A DNA stretch of 64,000 nt, taken from positions 320,001 through 384,000 of the forward strand of contig CAWDVW010000005.1 of NCBI GenBank assembly GCA_963805855.1, read 5' to 3'. The stretch's first letter is position 1; every line of letters starts with the position of its first letter. The translations under genes and the position numbers were made by a program. The notes under the pieces are model-generated. The model searched no databases, was not told where the DNA came from, and worked only from the letters and a program-made list of their open reading frames with translations. Positions 61,993 to 64,000 of this stretch are shown here, one piece after another. The stretch comes from Candidatus Dadabacteria bacterium. Lineage in GTDB: Bacteria; Desulfobacterota_D; UBA1144; Nemesobacterales; CSP1-2.

Positions 61993-63157
61993 TTACAAAT
62001 AATGGCTCAGTATCTTTGCGAATTTTGAAACAGATAATTGTTCTAGTGCACTCTCCTCTATTTGTCTTATCCTTTCACGTGTAACTTGAAACTTCTTAGC
62101 TATTTCCTCGAGGGTATAGGCATCCTCTGTAACTAATCCGAACCTCATCTTTATTATTTCCCGCTCTCTCGGAGAGAGTACCGAAAGGGATTCCAATATC
62201 TTTACTCGAAGCTCCGACTTTGTTAATTGACCAGTCCGGTAAGGGAAAAACACTATCCTCAATGAGTTCCACTAATGTATGTCCGCTCTCATCCACAGGC
62301 GAGTCAATACTAAGAGCGAGTTTGTGCGATTCTAAAATCCTCTTAACATTTTGAACCTTATTGCCCGACCTCTCTGCGATCTCCTCTGTCGTGGGCGCTC
62401 TTCTCAACTCCATATCAAGAATTGATCTTGTTCGAAATACCTTATTTGCCTGTTCTAAAAGATAAACAGGTTTTCGGAGTATACTCGTCTGTATCTTGAA
62501 CCCCCCTGGATATTGATTGATGTATCCACCATGTAGCATAAGTGGAAAACTTATAATCAGTTTTATGATCAAATTTTTCTACGGCCTTCATTAATCCTAA
62601 GTTGCCTTCTTGAATTAGATCAGAATATGGCATCCCTCTCCCCGAATATTTTTTTACTATGCTGAGCACCAATCGAGGTTAGCCGTGATAAAGCGACTTC
62701 TCAAAATCTTTGCCAACTCAGCATACGATTTCGATAAATTTTCTAAGCATCTAATGTTATTTAATAAGATTCTTTGTTTTGATACATCGTCTATATCATC
62801 TTTGCGCTTAAATTGATTCTTCTGGTTTAATAGACTTGTAATCATAGTATTTATTTTCGAGATCATCTCATCACACTTTTTCATCATCGCCGATATCTTT
62901 TTTTCTTCTTTTGGCTTTAAGAGAGGCTCTTTTGATAATTCCTTAAAATACCATTTAAGGCTTTCAAGGTTTTCCCGACTAGCAATTCTTCTTCCTTTTT
63001 CTTTTTTCGATTCAGTTAATTCTTCGAATAAAGATTCAGACTTGTTCACTTGATCATAAAAATCGTTAACCTTTTCGTCACGAGAGATAGGCATACTATT
63101 AGAGATAGCTGTTGAGACCGTTTCCTTGTGGTGTTCATCTATTATTCGTAATTTCAT
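61993..63157 (-). pseudogene. RpoD/RpoS-like sigma70 factor interrupted by three frameshifts
   Basis: Region 1.2 (Y.KEL...PLL..EE), 2.1 (ANL/LV.SI.KKY), [28 protein letters not shown], region 3, and region 4 ([17 protein letters not shown]) are split across four ORFs. Confidence 0.85.
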
Positions 63158-63278
63158 CGTTAACAATTCCTTAACTATGAAAACCCTGGAATACCGTATT
63201 TTGTTATAAAAGAATCACGCCAGTTGTGGGTTGCGGGAATAAACAATTCCCGAATTGACGATAAGATATATTTGTAAT

Positions 63279-63911
63279 TTAATGAATAGCTACATCCAAC
63301 GCTTTTTGTTTCGTCCTGAACGGAATAAAGTGGACAGTTCTATCAAGTCTCCAAGGACTTTCATCAGTTGTTAAACTGACATAGGACTCATTACATTTAT
63401 CAACTGAGTTCACCCTTTGCGGCGCAACTCCTTGTTTTACAATATAGTCAATAATTGCATAAGCCCTTTTCAACCCCAGGTGTTCATCCGTATTTTCTCT
63501 TGAGTCGCAATACCCCTGAATAAATACAATTACATCGGAGTTGCTTTTTAGAATCCCAGCATTTTCCTTGAGTACGGCTTTCGCAGATTCTTTGATATTA
63601 AAACTGTTGAAATCAAAAAATACATCCTTCATCGCGATTTCGACTCTTGGATTTGGTGGAGGTAATATCTGGTACTGATGGTAGTCTCCAGCCACATCAT
63701 TTGCAAAAGTTTTGTCCGATGAAACAACGATCGAACCGACGATGACAGCCGCCAAGAGAAAAAACCAGAGCAATGTCCCTTTAACTATTCCAAAAACTTT
63801 AGAGACTTCGGATCGTGAATAACGGTTCTTGTGCTGACGTTTAAATGTTTCTAAAATCTTCTCTTGATTTTCGAAGACAATCGATTTAATTGAAAGTTGT
63901 TGGATTCTCAT
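63279..63911 (-). CDS. OmpA/Pal-like peptidoglycan-binding domain protein
   Basis: VFFDFNS..IK, IQGYCDSR..LG.KRA..I.DY....GV, an N-terminal TM segment, and SD AAAGGAG. Confidence 0.88.
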   Translation of the reverse strand: MRIQQLSIKSIVFENQEKILETFKRQHKNRYSRSEVSKVFGIVKGTLLWFFLLAAVIVGSIVVSSDKTFANDVAGDYHQYQILPPPNPRVEIAMKDVFFDFNSFNIKESAKAVLKENAGILKSNSDVIVFIQGYCDSRENTDEHLGLKRAYAIIDYIVKQGVAPQRVNSVDKCNESYVSLTTDESPWRLDRTVHFIPFRTKQKALDVAIH

Positions 63912-63979
63912 AATTTATTGACTCCTTTCGTTGATTTTATAAAAGCCACGTAGCAAGATATTTATGTTGGGATGTAGGT

Positions 63980-63996
63980 TGCAATATACATGCCAA
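63980..63996 (-). promoter_or_regulatory. Sigma54 (-24/-12) promoter
   Basis: Minus strand TTGGCATGTATATTGCA (GG-N10-GC) upstream of the OmpA gene. Confidence 0.75.
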
Positions 63997-64000
63997 GGGT

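Noticed and set aside
263-63449. Numerous antisense or overlapping ORFs in the track (e.g. 263-700, 920-1372, 6206-6727, 31409-31996, 44081-44578, 51843-52109)
   Set aside because: Shadow frames of well-supported genes or of the tRNA, with no motifs of their own.

Overview
Bacterial chromosomal window with moderately low GC. The gene repertoire suggests a deltaproteobacterial-type lineage such as Desulfobacterota/Ca. Dadabacteria, but this is inference only. Core blocks: argC (partial), gap-pgk-fbaB and fbp, cvpA, a polyprenyl synthetase, a methylmalonyl-CoA mutase large subunit, rimI, a cytochrome c-FTR1 iron permease with a Fur-like box, queC...queE, GNAT-clpS-clpA, arfB, a tricorn protease, add/tenA/hpt, recF, CDC48-pilD-pilS/pilR-like genes, hom, tRNA-Ala(GGC), aspC-coaD-rsmD, a frameshifted sigma70 gene and an OmpA-family gene. 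Two accessory regions stand out. (1) About 13.8 kb between queC and queE holds unrelated, largely secreted cargo. It includes an adjacent dockerin-bearing beta-helix protein plus cohesin lipoprotein pair, a GH76-like lipoprotein, a methyltransferase, an amidase and a truncated CoA-transferase. Several of these units are bounded by a recurring GTGACA/GGGACA-NN-TGTCAC/TGTCCC palindrome and by longer dispersed repeats. (2) A block next to the tRNA, bracketed by direct repeats, carries a TetR -> ECF sigma -> small exported protein module in which each gene is preceded by the same TATCTA-N4-TAGATA palindrome. No integrase, transposase or CRISPR array was found. Five frameshifts cluster at 58.5-62.7 kb and may be assembly errors.
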